A DNA stretch of 64,000 bases from Octopus sinensis (Eukaryota): positions 6,262,001-6,326,000 of the forward strand of contig NC_043015.1 of assembly GCF_006345805.1 (NCBI RefSeq), read 5' to 3'. Under the pieces are notes generated by a model, which saw nothing but the letters and a program-made list of their open reading frames with translations, did not search any database and was not told where the DNA came from. Of the stretch, positions 43,081-56,751 are shown piece by piece. The position numbers and the translations under genes were made by a program. Within the stretch, counting starts at the first letter, position 1. Each line of letters opens with the position of its first letter.

Positions 43081-43580
43081 ATTATTTAGTAAGGCTATTT
43101 CATTGCCTGCCTTCAGTTTCCGTAGTACCATGGAGTTACTATGTCGAAGTTCAACAATCTGGTTTCTCAATTTATATACTTGGATAATTTCTCCAAACTT
43201 ATATATTGGTCTCTTGGGACTAACTATTCCCTTAGGAAGGATTTCCTTTTAGTCTACCGTCTCTCGCTTTCAAATTCTCTAAACAGCGCTTGTAGTATTG
43301 TTATCAGTAGCAGTTGCTGTTGTATTGCTGCTTGCTGATTCTGCTGCAATTCTTGGGGTGTATTAGACCCAGGTCAGCCCTGATTAAAGGCATGGATATT
43401 AAAAAGCACTGATATGCGATTCTTTAATGTTTAATTTAGAACCCCGCATAACATTATCTTCAATAGACATACCATCATCCTCGTTGTATAACATTAGACT
43501 CTATGGAGAATTGGATGTCATTTCTAACTTGTCGAATGAACATATTTAGTAGTAGCAGCAGCAGCAGCAGCAGCAGTAGC

Positions 43581-43611
<31 letters not shown>

Positions 43612-44334
43612 TGATGAGAGCGGAATTTGAAAGTGCTGACGCCATGTATAATTGCAAAGAAGCTTTGCAATAATTAGCTCCCTTTAAATACATTTCCAGG
43701 GCGCATATCATGAACTTTAATTTACGTAGGAAGCACAAAGCTATTACCAGATATGTATTGGTATCAATTTAAATCCATTGCCCTACAATTCTGCCCTTTC
43801 TTGAGATTTGTTAATATTTCTCCAACTTAAAAACAACAGTCTCGCCACAGTTCTGTATCGCTTGTTCTTTCGTATTTTGCTTTTCTTGTTTGCAGCTTAT
43901 AAGAAAACAAAATCTGTTTGTATTGGGGGCCAAATTGGAAAGCTAACTTGTAGTGCGACGTTCTAGAAATAGACAGAAAAATTTGATTCAAATCACACGC
44001 TATCGACCTAAGCAATGAAGGGCATATTAGATGGACCTAAATACCCATAAAGATATTGATGGTAAGGGTTACAATGAATTTATATCGTAAGCACGGTTGA
44101 CATGGTTCTAATCAATGCGAATTGCAGCAACACAACAAGAATAAAAACCTCATCATAATGTTCACCACAACCAACATCGCCACCACCACAACCACTACCA
44201 TTACCGTCCCCACCACCACCAACAACAACATCCCTACAACTTCGACCAAAAGCAACAACAAAACCTACACCAAAAACAACATAACTTTTTATGGTTACTG
44301 CTAGAGTATTATATGTGAATTTGGTTTGTTACGG

Positions 44335-44464
44335 TCTCTCTCTCTCTCTCTGCCTCTTTATGTCTCTTTCTGTCTCTCTCTCTCTCTCTCTCTCTCTGCC
44401 TCTTTATGTATCTTTCTGTATCTCTCTCTGTCTCTCTTTCTCTGTTTATCTGTCTATATATCTT

Positions 44465-44498
<34 letters not shown>

Positions 44499-44535
44499 GT
44501 CTCTCTGTTTTTCTCCTCCACCTTCCTCTCCCTCT
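44335..44535. repeat. (CT)n-rich polypyrimidine microsatellite
   Basis: Direct reading; source of the SLSL/ERER ORFs. Confidence 0.9.
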
Positions 44536-45198
44536 CTCACGAATTCATTCCACGTTGTTTTCGTTGTTGTTTCCTTTCCACTTCATTGATCAATATTACG
44601 TCGGTAATTCTCGCATGCCTCCTCAACTGATATACATTACCTCACATCCACTTTGCAGATATTCGACTTGGTTTTATGAACTATTGCTCCTTCTGCTCAA
44701 TTTAATATGGCCACGAATCCTCCACTGTTTAATTCTGTCCGAAAACATCAGCCGATCTTTCATATAATTAGTCTATTTAATAGCTTCCGTTCCGTTTTTG
44801 GCTGCTTTATTAGATTTTTTTCCTCTCAGCTGCCACTGTTAGCATAATCGATCTCTTTCGAGTGGGATATACCATAAAATGTCAATGGATTTCATGTTTT
44901 TCAAGCTAAACCACATCTTCAGATTCACAATTCAATATCACAGATCCATTACTCCCAAGGGCAAAGCGTAAGATATCGGATGCATGCCATGGCTTAGTAC
45001 TTGGATAGTTAAATCACGTGTAAATCTTTATATAATAGGAAGAGCGCCCCACGAAACGCCTCGCGGGAAAGGGATTTTGCCCATTTAGGTTCTAAGTTCA
45101 CATCCTGATGCTATTAACACTGCTTTTCATCTTCCCTTGCTCCTGGAAAATGGATTTGAGATAGGACACATTATTAAGGATATAGTCTGTATCGTTAC

Positions 45199-45374
45199 CT
45201 GAAAATCCGTCGCCTTCTATCACTATAAAATCTCGCATGCCTAGCTCTAACCCTATGATTGAATTGAAAGTACAGGAACACAGTCGTAGTATATTTGTTT
45301 GTATAAATATGCTAGATTTGTGCATCAATTCAAATTCTGCAGGAATCAAGTGTGCTATGCCTATTCCATTTGTC
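45199..45374 (-). CDS. Candidate 176-nt internal exon TNGIGIAHLIPAEFELMHKSSIFIQTNILRLCSCTFNSIIGLELGMRDFIVIEGDGFS (phase 2->1)
   Basis: Acceptor CTTCCCTGATGCTTAATTTTTGCTTTCAAG|G and donor TTTCAG|GTAACG inside the non-repetitive 95-aa ORF 45098-45385. Family not recognised. Confidence 0.4.
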
Positions 45375-45961
45375 CTTGAAAGCAAAAATTAAGCATCAGG
45401 GAAGTGGAAAATGTCGGTTATTCATTCATAAGCGTACACCTATGTTAGATCTCATTATAGTTTATTGTAAGACGGTAAGAAGTAGATAAGGTCAAATACT
45501 GTAATATATAAGATGTATCATCACTGTACAGACGTGACAATTGGGTGTTGATATGCACAGCTTCTCATAGTTCGTTTCCTTGTATCATGGTGTTTGCCGA
45601 ATTATATCACTCCCTTGCTTAGACAGGCAGGCCTACATTCCCTTTAAACGGAATGATATTCTGTCACAGAAATATCCAATGGTTAAGTGAATGGACTGGA
45701 GTAGCGTGAAATGAAGTGTTTTGCTGAAGGATGCAACGCACCGCCGGTCTAAAAGACGAAACCCCGATTTTCGATCGAATGTGCTACACATTAACTACTT
45801 GTCATGTGACTGCACACATTGATACATACACACACAGTCTTAAACACACACATATATAGTGATGTAAATATACATTATATATAAAGAGAAATGCATAAAT
45901 ACTCCCAGTTAAATATTTATAATTATACATGTGTATACATTCACAGTTACATATTCATAAC

Positions 45962-46014
<53 letters not shown>

Positions 46015-46602
46015 ATATATGTGTGTGTGTGTCTGTGTCTGTGTATATATGTATGTATATATGGATGTATGTATACTTTCATATTCTTTATGTTCACCCG
46101 ACAAATGCGTGTATTTCTATGTGTGTCTTTTAAAAAGCAGTCTCTTGAATTTGTTCGTATTAACTTGGTTTCGACTGAATGTATGTATGAAACGTATAAT
46201 GAAGCACATTTATATGACTGTATGTAGCTGAACTATATTAGCAAATTTAGTTCATTGCTTGAGAAAAGAAGTGAGAGACTTTTGGATTAGTATAGTATTA
46301 GTATAATCCTGGTTTTAAGTTAGATGCGTATTAATATTGATTTATATCGAATAGCCAGTAGATACATAAATATGGGTCGCTTTTACAGTTAACTATGTAA
46401 ATGTGTACAACGCGATGTGTGTAATAAATGGGCCAACTTTCGTAGTATCTTTTACTAGTGTCTGTCATTAGACTACAGCCATGCTGGGGCACCACCGTGG
46501 AGGTTTTTAGTTAAACGAATCACCCACTACACTTCGTGTTTTAAAGACTGGTACTTACTCTATCGGTGTCTTTTGCCGAACCGTTAACTTACTGGAATAT
46601 AT

Positions 46603-46885
46603 GAGCACTCCGTCGGTTGTGACGACGAGGGTCCCAGCTGATACGGTCAACGGAACAGCTTGCTCGTGAAATTAACGTGCAAGTGGCTGAGCACTCCACA
46701 AACACGTGTACCCTTAACGTATTTCTTGGGGAGATTCAGTGTGACACAGTGTGTGACAAGGATGGCCCTTTGAAATCAAGGTACTACTCATTTTTGCCAG
46801 CTGAGTAGACTGGAGCAACGTGAAATAAAGTGTCTTGCTCAAGGACGCAATGCGCCGCCGGAAATTGAACTCACGACCTTATGAT
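46603..46885 (-). mobile_element. tRNA/CORE-like SINE sharing its tail with family E
   Basis: Minus strand GGTCGTGAGTTCAATTTCC...TCCTTGAGCAAGACACTTTATTTCACGTTGCTCC core-like segment; 46603-46776 matches 56572-56750 in reverse. Confidence 0.85.
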
Positions 46886-47287
46886 CATGTTCACACGGGA
46901 ACATAAACACAGGTTGTCAAGCGGCGTGTTGAGGACACGTCGAGATAGAAAGGCACGCACGCACGCACGCACACACACACTCACGCAAACACACGCACAC
47001 ATACAGTGGGCTTCTTTAATATTCCGTGTACTAAATCCTCTCAGAAGGCTTTGCGCGGTGCGAAGCCATTGTGGAGTTTGCTGTGGAAAGTGCAAAGTAG
47101 TGTGATTGTATTCGGAACCGTGTGGTAGGGAAGCTAGCTTCTAGCTGCATAGCAACGTTAGCTATACTGTAATATACGAGATGCATAATCACGGTACAGA
47201 GGTGGCTATTGGGTGTTGGCATGCACAGCTTGTCCCAATTCGTTTTATAATAAAGAAATTCAAATAAAAATCATGCGATTGTGTCTA

Positions 47288-47695
47288 TACTCTTTACTCT
47301 TTTTCTTGTTTCAGTCATTTGACTGCGGCCATGATGGAGCACCGCTTTTAGTCGAGCAAATCGACCCCAGGACTTATTGTTTGTAAGCCTAGTACTTATT
47401 CTATCGGTATCTTTTGCCGAACCGCTAAGTTACGGGGACGTAAATACATCGACATCGGTTGTCAAGCGATATTGGGGTCACAAACAGACGCACAAATGCA
47501 CACACACACATATATATACATATACATATATACGACAGGCTTCTTTCAGTTTCCGTCTACGAAATCCACTCACAAGGCATTGGTCGGCCGGAGGCTATAG
47601 TAGAAAACACTTGCCCAAGGTCCACGCAGTTGGACTGAACCTGGAACCATGTGGTTGGTAAGAAAGCTACTTAACACAGCCATTCCTGCGCCTAT
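47288..47695 (-). mobile_element. Full-length SINE family B with internal microsatellite
   Basis: Minus-strand head ATAGGCGCAGGAATGGCTGTG...GGTTCAGTCC, core GACCTTGGGCAAGTGT, internal (TA)/(TG) and tail CATGGCCGCAGTCAAATGACTGAAAC. Confidence 0.9.
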
Positions 47696-47741
47696 GTGTC
47701 TCTGTGGGTATATTTATTTGTCTCTGGGTATCTGTGTTTGT

Positions 47742-47782
<41 letters not shown>

Positions 47783-47825
47783 CATATGCGTGTGTTTTCA
47801 AGCATTCAAATGTAATCAAAGGATA

Positions 47826-48247
47826 TTTTCGGTTTGAACAGCAGTTTTTTTCTAGCGGTGTCATTTGAAATTGTCACCAATAATCATAACCCTAGTATCG
47901 ATCTATTGCATTTCTATCTGTTGTAGGGTTAGGGTTAGTTAGGGTTAAGGTTAGAGGTGGCGGGAAGGGTATCTTTTTTCTTCACAAATGTAAATAAACC
48001 CAATGTGTTTCTTAAACGACGGACATATTCATACGGCACAATGTTTTTTACCTCAATAGATGTCAGTGATTGGTTGAAAATGCAGAAATTGAAGAAAAAA
48101 AACAACAGATATCTTACAAAATATAGAATTTTCTCAATAAAGCCAAGAGAAAAAGATGTTTTATAAACACATTCTACCACTATACGAATTAAAAATTTTT
48201 TTAGTTACCTAGAAATTATGTTAAAAAACTGCCGTTCAAACCGAAAA
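47826..48247. mobile_element. MITE with ~25-bp terminal inverted repeats
   Basis: TTTTCGGTTTGAACAGCAGTTTTTT (47826-50) vs AAAAAACTGCCGTTCAAACCGAAAA (48223-47), 1 mismatch. Confidence 0.85.
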
Positions 48248-48522
48248 GATTCTAATCAAAATATATGGTGGCGATGGTAAGATTCGTTGACGTGAAAATC
48301 TGCTAAAAGCTGCTAAGACTTTAAATCCTGTCCATAAAGGATTTATCATCTTGATATAAGAAAGTCTTAATTTCATTATGATTGGCAAACAGGTAGATTT
48401 CAGTCACAAATTACATTGCATATCAATTATTCCAGAACTGTGATTCTAACAAAGCTCGCTGCCTTGCGTTTATAACACAATTTGATTTATGGAAGAATCT
48501 ACATAACTATGCACGGATGTTC

Positions 48523-48562
<40 letters not shown>

Positions 48563-49849
48563 TCGTGAACATATGTGCATATGAGCGTGATTGTGTGTGT
48601 CTCTGAGTTGTTCTGTGTATGTATGTATGCGTTCCTTTTGTTGCACGACTTTGGTATGTTTCTTTATTTATTTTTAGAAACAGTTAATGTTTGTTTCTTT
48701 ATTTTTTATCCATGATTCCTCCTATACAACTCAATAAGAAAAGAAAAAACCAAAAAAATCAAGAAAAAATTCATACACTAAAGAGAAAAAAAATCGAAAA
48801 TAGAATACCGTTTTACTGATTGTATTTTTTCTTTCTTTTTCAATAGAAATTCGAATACCGGAAAATGCATTTATGCCTGCTCTGAGTGCGCATACCCAAG
48901 TGGTATAAATTTTACTATTCTATCGCAGCTTGTATCATTGTGCATTAATAATACACTATTCTGTGTGAAGCTGGGGGGTGCAGAAAAGCTGTTTCAATGA
49001 AGTAATTCATCGATGCTATGCAAGGAATACAACAAACTGATATCAAAAACTAAAAGAAACGAAAACGTATATGAAAAAAGAATTCATTTGCAAAGGTTGG
49101 AAATGTAGCGTCACGGCAGTTTCTTTTTCTGTTTTACTTTTATTATTATTATTTTTCATCAATATCACAACTGTGTGTACATGTGAATATCAAGTTCGAT
49201 TTTTACCTGTTAACGTAGGTATACGGTGTATTTCGTTACTTCATATCAATCGTAATTTAATTATAAATTCAGTTATATCTGCATGGTTGCTATAAATAAT
49301 GGCAACACTTTTGTGTATGCCTTCATATTGTTCGATGAAACGTTCTTGCTATGAGGCTTTTTATTATGAGACTTAATTAAATTCATGGGATAAGAGAATA
49401 TAATTTAAGGTCGATATTAGAACAAGCCACTAATATAAAATTAACGAATCAACAATGTAGTCCAGCATACATTATATATTTAATAATAACGGGATGATCT
49501 CAGATTGAATTGACTTAGATATGATACTGTTAATGAGGGCTAAACTTGGGCTAACCATCAATGAATGCTAAAAGTAAAATATGCTAATGACTTCAGAGAA
49601 AAATAGATAACATATAGCTATCTGCAGCTATATATCCCCACAATTCCCTGATGAAAAGGATTTATGAGTATATCATGCCATTTGTGATCGACATTTTTTT
49701 CTTTTGAAAGTCGAATATGCTTTGTAATACAAGTGATTGATTTTTTTTTAGCATATTAGGGTCTATTTATTGATTGCTCCTCTTAAATACTTGCTTAAAA
49801 ATATAGTATAACGATTACTAATGGCAAGCAATATTAAAGAGAGTGGAAT

Positions 49850-50422
49850 AGGGGATAATAATGATTCCAGTAATTGAGTAGTAATTTATTCTATTTTCCC
49901 CTAACATAAGAAATGCGAGGTTGAACCCAAAGGAGTTTGAACACGGAACGTAATGAATCGGAAGAAATTGCGCAATGCATTTTGTCAGACGCTCTTCTAA
50001 ACCTGGTATAAATAAATACTACCTACAATATTTCTGCAAATAAATGCCGCAAGCTGGCATAAATATTTGCACGGGCGAAATGCTTAGTTGTATTTCGTCC
50101 TCCATCTTTACGTTTTGAGTTCAAATTCCGCCAAGGTCAACTTCGACTGTCATCCTATCGGGGTCGATAAATTAAGTACCATTTACGCACTGGGGTCGAT
50201 GTAATCGACTTAATCCCTTTGTCTGTCCTTGTGTGTCCCCTCTATAAGAAACGTTCGCGCGGACTGATGCTTAGCTATATTTCGTCCTCCGTCTTAATGT
50301 TTTGAGTTCAAATTCCGCCAAGGTCGACTTTGCTTTCATCTTTTTGGGGTCGATACTGAGGTCGATCTAATCGACTGGCCTCGTCCCGCAAAATTTCGGG
50401 TCTTGTGCCAAGAGTAGAAAAT
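49850..50422. mobile_element. SINE family A pair: decayed minus copy (~49850-50000) and plus tandem copy (50045-50422)
   Basis: GAGTTCAAATTCCGCCAAGGTC repeated at ~50117 and ~50305; reverse-oriented GAGTTTGAACACGGAACGTAA at ~49934. Confidence 0.8.
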
Positions 50423-51019
50423 AATATTTCTTCAGGTAGCAAGGTTATATAAATACAGTACCAACTATAATGCCAAAAACAGTGAAAGGTTTCAATATCG
50501 CATTTTCTAAAACGCTGCAAGGATCTTCATTATTTTTTAAAGGTAGAACATTCTCATATAAAAGAGAGCTTGCCTGGATGTGAACTCACGTTCTTAAAGC
50601 TAGAAACTCAGTAAAACTAACTTTTCATTTTCTCCAGAAAGACTTTGTGCTGATTTTATCAGAGAGACGCGCTCTATTATTGGGCATTACATGTACAGCC
50701 TCTATCGTAATTTATCAAATCGTCTGTTTCATTCAGAATGAATTGCTGCACCCTTTCGACGATTAACAATGCCAAGCAAACACGGTTTTCAGCAACAATA
50801 ATGACGCAACACGTCGGTTATTGAAACAATGTAAACAATTTGAAAGTTATTCAGAGAAAACAAACAAACTCTCACTAGAACCATCTGCAATTTTGACATG
50901 ATCCTGGAGACATTGCAGAGGTCACAGTAAATAAACAGAACCAGTTTATGAGGACGCATTAAATAAGCAATTTCTTCATAACGATCTTCCCTTTCCTCGT
51001 TCAATACAATGAACTTAAA

Positions 51020-51119
51020 ATGCCTTTGTATATGGCAATGGTAAAGGCATACACACCCATTTTGACATGTACGGACTGTGAAAACAAGGACACTTTTGGG
51101 GTCGATGTTTTGTGTACAG
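51020..51119 (+). CDS. Candidate first coding exon MPLYMAMVKAYTPILTCTDCENKDTFGVDVLCT (phase 1 end)
   Basis: ATG at 51020 open to donor ACAG|GTAAGA; phase-compatible with the 54181 acceptor. Confidence 0.22.
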
Positions 51120-51654
51120 GTAAGACCATATAATCTGTAACTATTCGGAGATTTTCATGTACAAGATGCCTATACATACAGCAATTCATATATACCCCCT
51201 GCTCCGACAGGAATACATATACGATATTCTAAATGCGTGAGAGATAGTGTTAGTTCTAAACAAGAACGAAAATACGTTGCGCCTTTATTATTTTATCACT
51301 GGTATCATCTCATTTTTTTGTCCCCTTCAGAAAATACGTGACATCAGATAAAGGGAAAAAAAAAGCCTACAACTTATAATGTTTCATTGATTTTTGATTT
51401 AAATGAGAGGATATTGCTGGTCTCGCTAGCAGATTACTGAAAGCTAGTCAAATTCATGCCTCACCACATTGCTGCTGAAATGAAAACGAAACGGTATCAT
51501 AGCAAGTATTGATCAGTATAACATTGAGATTTATTGTTTTGTAAACTGTTCTCGTGTGACCACATTTAATTTGTTCTAAAATACGTTCTCTCTCATTTTA
51601 AACGATGTTATCAGTTATAGTATAAAATATTATTTTTATTAGAAACCATAACTA

Positions 51655-51892
<238 letters not shown>

Positions 51893-52254
51893 AAGGCAAG
51901 TGTTATGTACATCTCTAGGTGTTTACATGTATTTATGAGTTGTTTATATAAGTAATCTGTTAGCACTTTTGTGGCCATATGTTAAACTATTCGGGTATAT
52001 TACAAACACACACATACACACACACACATACACACATATATATAAATGTGTGTGCGGGGTTGGGGAGTACAGGTGGACAATAGTACAGACTACGTTTGGA
52101 ACTTGGCCGAACGTCTAAAACAACATACATACCTACATACATACATACATACATACATAAATTTAATCATTAAACATTGATGATGTGTGTAATAAGCTTC
52201 AGGGAATAAAAACACCTCTACTCTATATACTATCTCTCCAAGTTTGTCGATTCT

Positions 52255-52710
52255 AAATTGTTTTATTCTGAAGATCTTAAGTCACTGGAATGCGGCCATA
52301 CTGTAGCACAGACTGAAGTATATATCGATCTAACTACTTGAACTTGTTTTGATTTTTTTGGCTACCCTTATCGAATTACTTGTTTCGGTAAAATGTTTTA
52401 AAAAGATTTATCTCCATTTAGTGACGCAAATAAACTCAAGTTATTGATAACGATTTACACACACAAGCACACACACACACACACCCACACGCACACGCTC
52501 ACACACACACAAATACACACATATACATATTTAAATATACGACGGGCTTCTTCGGTTTTCCATATACCAAATCCACTTAGAAGGCTTTGGTTGTCTCAAG
52601 GCTATAGTAGAAGACATCTGTCGGAGATGCCATGCTGTGGGACTGAACCCGGAACCATGTGGTTGGGAAGCAAGCTTGTTACCACACACCCACTCCTTGT
52701 GAGAAAAATC
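52255..52710 (-). mobile_element. SINE family B with internal microsatellite
   Basis: GGGACTGAACCCGGAACCATGTGGTTGGGAAGC head region and CAGTCACTGGAATGCGGCCATAC-type tail as in 47288-47695. Confidence 0.85.
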
Positions 52711-53844
52711 TTCTAATTACAAACCGATTGGTCTGTCAATCTATATATTGATATGAAATTAATATCAGTATGAAATAAAAGAGACTGGTACGGTAAATAA
52801 AGCTAGTATAGTGTGCAGTGTTCATGTTTATGCCTTACGGAATTAAGGACCTGAACATCAAGATTATTGCTTGTTACTCGTTTGTTTCGCGCATAAACGA
52901 TTAATCAAGTCCCAGACAAATGTCCACGCTAGATGACTTACGCGCCTTGGATCATAAATCTCCTTGGAGTAACGCTAAACCCTGCATCCCTGTGTGTTAC
53001 ATATCATGCTCTGGGCTTTTCAGCCGTGGCAAAATCTATTTCTGTCATGGGTAAAGCAGAACCAATTTTTTTTTTCAGAACAGAGATAGAATGTCTGATA
53101 GAATGCAAATGCGAGAGAAAAACAAGTAATACGAATACATGTCTAGAATTACTAATTTAAATCATCGGCAGTAAATAGGAGAAAAAGCAAAAATAATATC
53201 GACGGGTCTTGAACTCCGAGCGCAGAAGGATTAGCGCTATGCAGTCCAAGTTATGCTCAGAGGAGCCTGCTAACGGAAAGCGAATCATGAAGGTAGTTTT
53301 GTATCTTACTCCATTTCAGATTGAATTTTCATAAAAGTAATTTAAAAGACTTACATAACGTAATATGCGTGCTAAATGTTCTTTGAGAAAGTAGCGTGAT
53401 TATATTGATAATGCTTCTTTGTAGATTCAGTTAGTTTCTGATAATTATAACCGCATATTCCAAATATATGATCCTCCAAAAGCTTCATCAAGAGATTTAA
53501 AATAAAGGAGGTTTTATTTTTTTCATTTTCTTGTTAGATTTCAACGATCATAATATATATCAGATTCTTCAAATATGAAAGCTAAACAAAGATTGTATTA
53601 GTGAATGGTTGATAAATATTTTAAAGGCAAACGTTTAAAAGATGAAAATGAGATCGTGTTATCTTATCATATATTCTTATACGACGTGAAGCGAAGAATT
53701 CTGAAAGCATACGAAACGATGCCAAGTTACAGCACATTTGAAAAATATCCATTTACTACTTGAAATTACAAACAAAACTACTTCGTTATATTTGTATTTT
53801 TTCTTCAAGAATATATGCATACGTGTATGCCCATGTGTGCACAG

Positions 53845-53892
<48 letters not shown>

Positions 53893-54180
53893 ATACATAC
53901 GTATGTGTGTGTGTGTATGTGTACGTGCGCATGTGTGTGAGTGTGTACGTATGTATATGTATATGGAAGAATAGATTCAATTTAGGAATAGAAATCAATT
54001 ATTATTTTTACTTTATTTAATCACGCAATCATTGATACACAATATTTCTACGTAAATGTTGCTTTCTCTTGGTATATCTAAAACCTTCTCTGCCTCTGCA
54101 TTATCTCTCTCTCTCTCTCATTCTGACTTTCACTGTTCACCGAATCTGTCTTTCTCTCTTTGTGTGTCCGCTTAACTCAG

Positions 54181-54455
54181 AGATAAATAGGAATACGAAG
54201 CAATGCCAATTGCTAGGAGCATTTTCAATTACTGGTGATGGGAACCTAACTCAGCAATCTAAATGTGATAAGCAAATTATTCGTTTGAACAAAATGGACA
54301 ACGTTTTAATGTCGTATGTCCAGCTGCTGACACTGCTACAGTTTCCACAGAAACCACCAAAAGAACAATATTCACACAACGGAGACGGGGGAGATGCTAC
54401 CGCGTCTATTACAACTGAAATAGTCAGACGTTTCAACCCGAAGGAAGACGTCTGA
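54181..54455 (+). CDS. Candidate terminal coding exon, 90 codons (xINRNTKQCQLLGAFSITGDGNLTQQSKCDKQ...VRRFNPKEDV*)
   Basis: Acceptor CTGTCTTTCTCTCTTTGTGTGTCCGCTTAACTCAG| immediately before a non-repetitive 91-codon open frame. No family recognised. Confidence 0.38.
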
Positions 54456-54825
54456 TTAGTTGTTAACGTATCGCCAAACAACGAAACTTCTTAATTATGC
54501 TTAAATACTCGTACCCACTGATCTCGATAATATATCCAACCCTCCAATAGCAGAACCACTACAAGAACCAACTTGAAATCGTATACATGTAACGCAAAAC
54601 CAGTTAGAAATATCACTCAATTAATAATAGAATCATATCTTAATATTTTAAGTATATATTCTTTGACCAAAGATTCCTTCACCTTCATCTCCAAACAAGG
54701 TAGAATCTTCACGCTTCAACGCACGTCATACAGGTCTCCCTAACCAGGGATAAATGATGGATCTAAAGTGCTCAGACTCTGCACAAGGAGTAGTAGACAC
54801 CCACCATATATATATATATATATAA

Positions 54826-54856
<31 letters not shown>

Positions 54857-55538
54857 ATGTATGTATGTATGTGGCGCACTTCCTCTTAGAATTGTACTAC
54901 TTCTAACCTTCACTCATGGATGAAGGTATTAACTTCAGTCCGGTTTTATTTTTGGTGGGGAGAGGACGATCCACTGCACATCTTTTGAATACAACAGCTA
55001 TGTTCATGAAATATGTTTTGAGAACCTGTTCCGCGTCACAGATCAGATTGGCGGTTTTGGAAGATTGTAGAAATCGACCAAACATTTTTCTCAAGACGTA
55101 TTATGAACGGACGGAAAGTAAGGAGGAGGTTTTCAGAAGAGTGTCTCTTGAGACTACATGCGTTTTCCTTATGCTCGTTTTTTTATTTTATTCTTCCTTT
55201 ACAAAATCTGAATTAATTATTCAAATGAAGCGAACTTTTTCTTCTAATATAACGTACAAATTATAGTTTTGCAATTTTTAACATAAAAAGAGTGAAGTAA
55301 ATAATCGTTGATATTTTTTTCTTTTTATATTGCTTACATGCCTGGTCTAACGTGGCTTTATTCATAAAAATTTCATACAAGCGTTTCGCCTTAATGTTGC
55401 CAGCACAAAATGCCATCTCCTAAGTTCTGTTGTCTGGCTGGCTAAAAATCATCAAACTTTAAACCTCTGTAATATTGTCCAACACATTTGCCGTAACAAA
55501 TGAATAACAACCTCAGATTCTACGTGAAAAATTACACA

Positions 55539-55937
55539 TCTATATCTATATATATAAAACTGTAGTTGTGTGAGTGTCTGTCCCCTACGATTTAGATTCC
55601 TAACTACTCCCACATTTTGCGGTGCAGTTTAACCAAAACCGGGTATCTTAGAGTCGTGATTCATATCGAGACCTTCTGGGTATTAGCGCGCGTCTACGAT
55701 GAGTCTACGATTTTAAAATAATTTACCATAATTTTTTTCCATTTTCATGCATATTTTTTTAAAGGGAAGTAACTCTCTAAAAATGTCTACGATGAGTCAA
55801 CGATATAAAAAAAAAATTACCATTATATTTTTTCCATTTTTAATGCATTTTTTTGCTATTTTTTGGCTATAACTCTCTAAAAATGCTGTATAGTTATTTT
55901 CCTTACAAACCCGAGCAACGCCGGGCGATACTGCTAG
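55539..55937 (+). mobile_element. Non-autonomous Helitron
   Basis: 5' A|TCTATATCTATATATATAAAA; subterminal hairpin CCCGAGCAACGCCGGG (55910-25); 3' CTAG|T; no TSD; internal ~90-bp tandem duplication starting TCTACGATGAGTC. Confidence 0.88.
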
Positions 55938-56363
55938 TACCAAATAAGAAAATTTCCACTTAAATTTAAAATTTAAAAAACCGTGACAGCAACAGAAAAA
56001 AATCCAAAATATATTATAGTACAAACATAAATATGAATTCATACAAGTGTGCGCGCCAGTGTGTGAGTGTATATAAATACATAAATAAATGAGTAATCTA
56101 GAACAAATATGTATTTCTTCTGAATAGAATTAGAAAATCTAATATTTGTGATTTGGAATTCATTCAATAATATCCTGTACAGGCAATCCTTACTTCGATT
56201 AGCGGAACAACAATTTACTAACACAGCAAGCAATTATACTATTAATATCCAGCTGAGAGTTTCATTACCAAGGGCCGGTGAATTGTCCGTATCGGGAGAG
56301 CAACGAACAAAATGCCTTGAGGTAATTCGATAAGTCCATCTACATTCTGTTTACTAGTTTATA

Positions 56364-56751
56364 GTGGAGGCGCAATGGCCCAGTGGTTAGGGCAGCGGAC
56401 TCGCGATCATAGGATCGCGGTTTCGATTCCCAGACCGGGCGTTGTGAGTGTTTATTGAGCGAAAACACCTAAAAAGCTCCACGAGGCTCCGGCAGGGGAT
56501 GGTGGTGATCCCTGCTGTACTCTTTCACCACAACTTTCTCTCACTCTTACTTCCTGTTTCTGTTGTACCTGTATTTCAAAGGGCCGGCCTTGTCACTCTC
56601 TGTGTTACGCTGAATATCCCCGAGAACTACGTTAAGGGTACACGTGTCTGTGGAGTGCTCAGCCACTTACACGTTAATTTCACGAGCAGGCTGTTCCGTT
56701 GATTCGGATCAACCGGAACCCTCGTCGTCGTAAGCGACGGAGTGCTTCCAA
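56364..56751 (+). mobile_element. Full-length tRNA-derived SINE (family E) with 9-bp target-site duplication
   Basis: A box TGGCCCAGTGG, B-box-like GTTTCGATTCC; flanked by TAGTTTATA at 56355-63 and 56752-60. Confidence 0.92.

Noticed and set aside
54916-55266. 116-aa ORF
   Set aside because: No splice signals or recognisable motif; may be repeat-derived or chance.
56366-56440. Possible tRNA gene
   Set aside because: A/B boxes continue into a SINE body with TSD, and a second copy exists at 41343; no clean cloverleaf.
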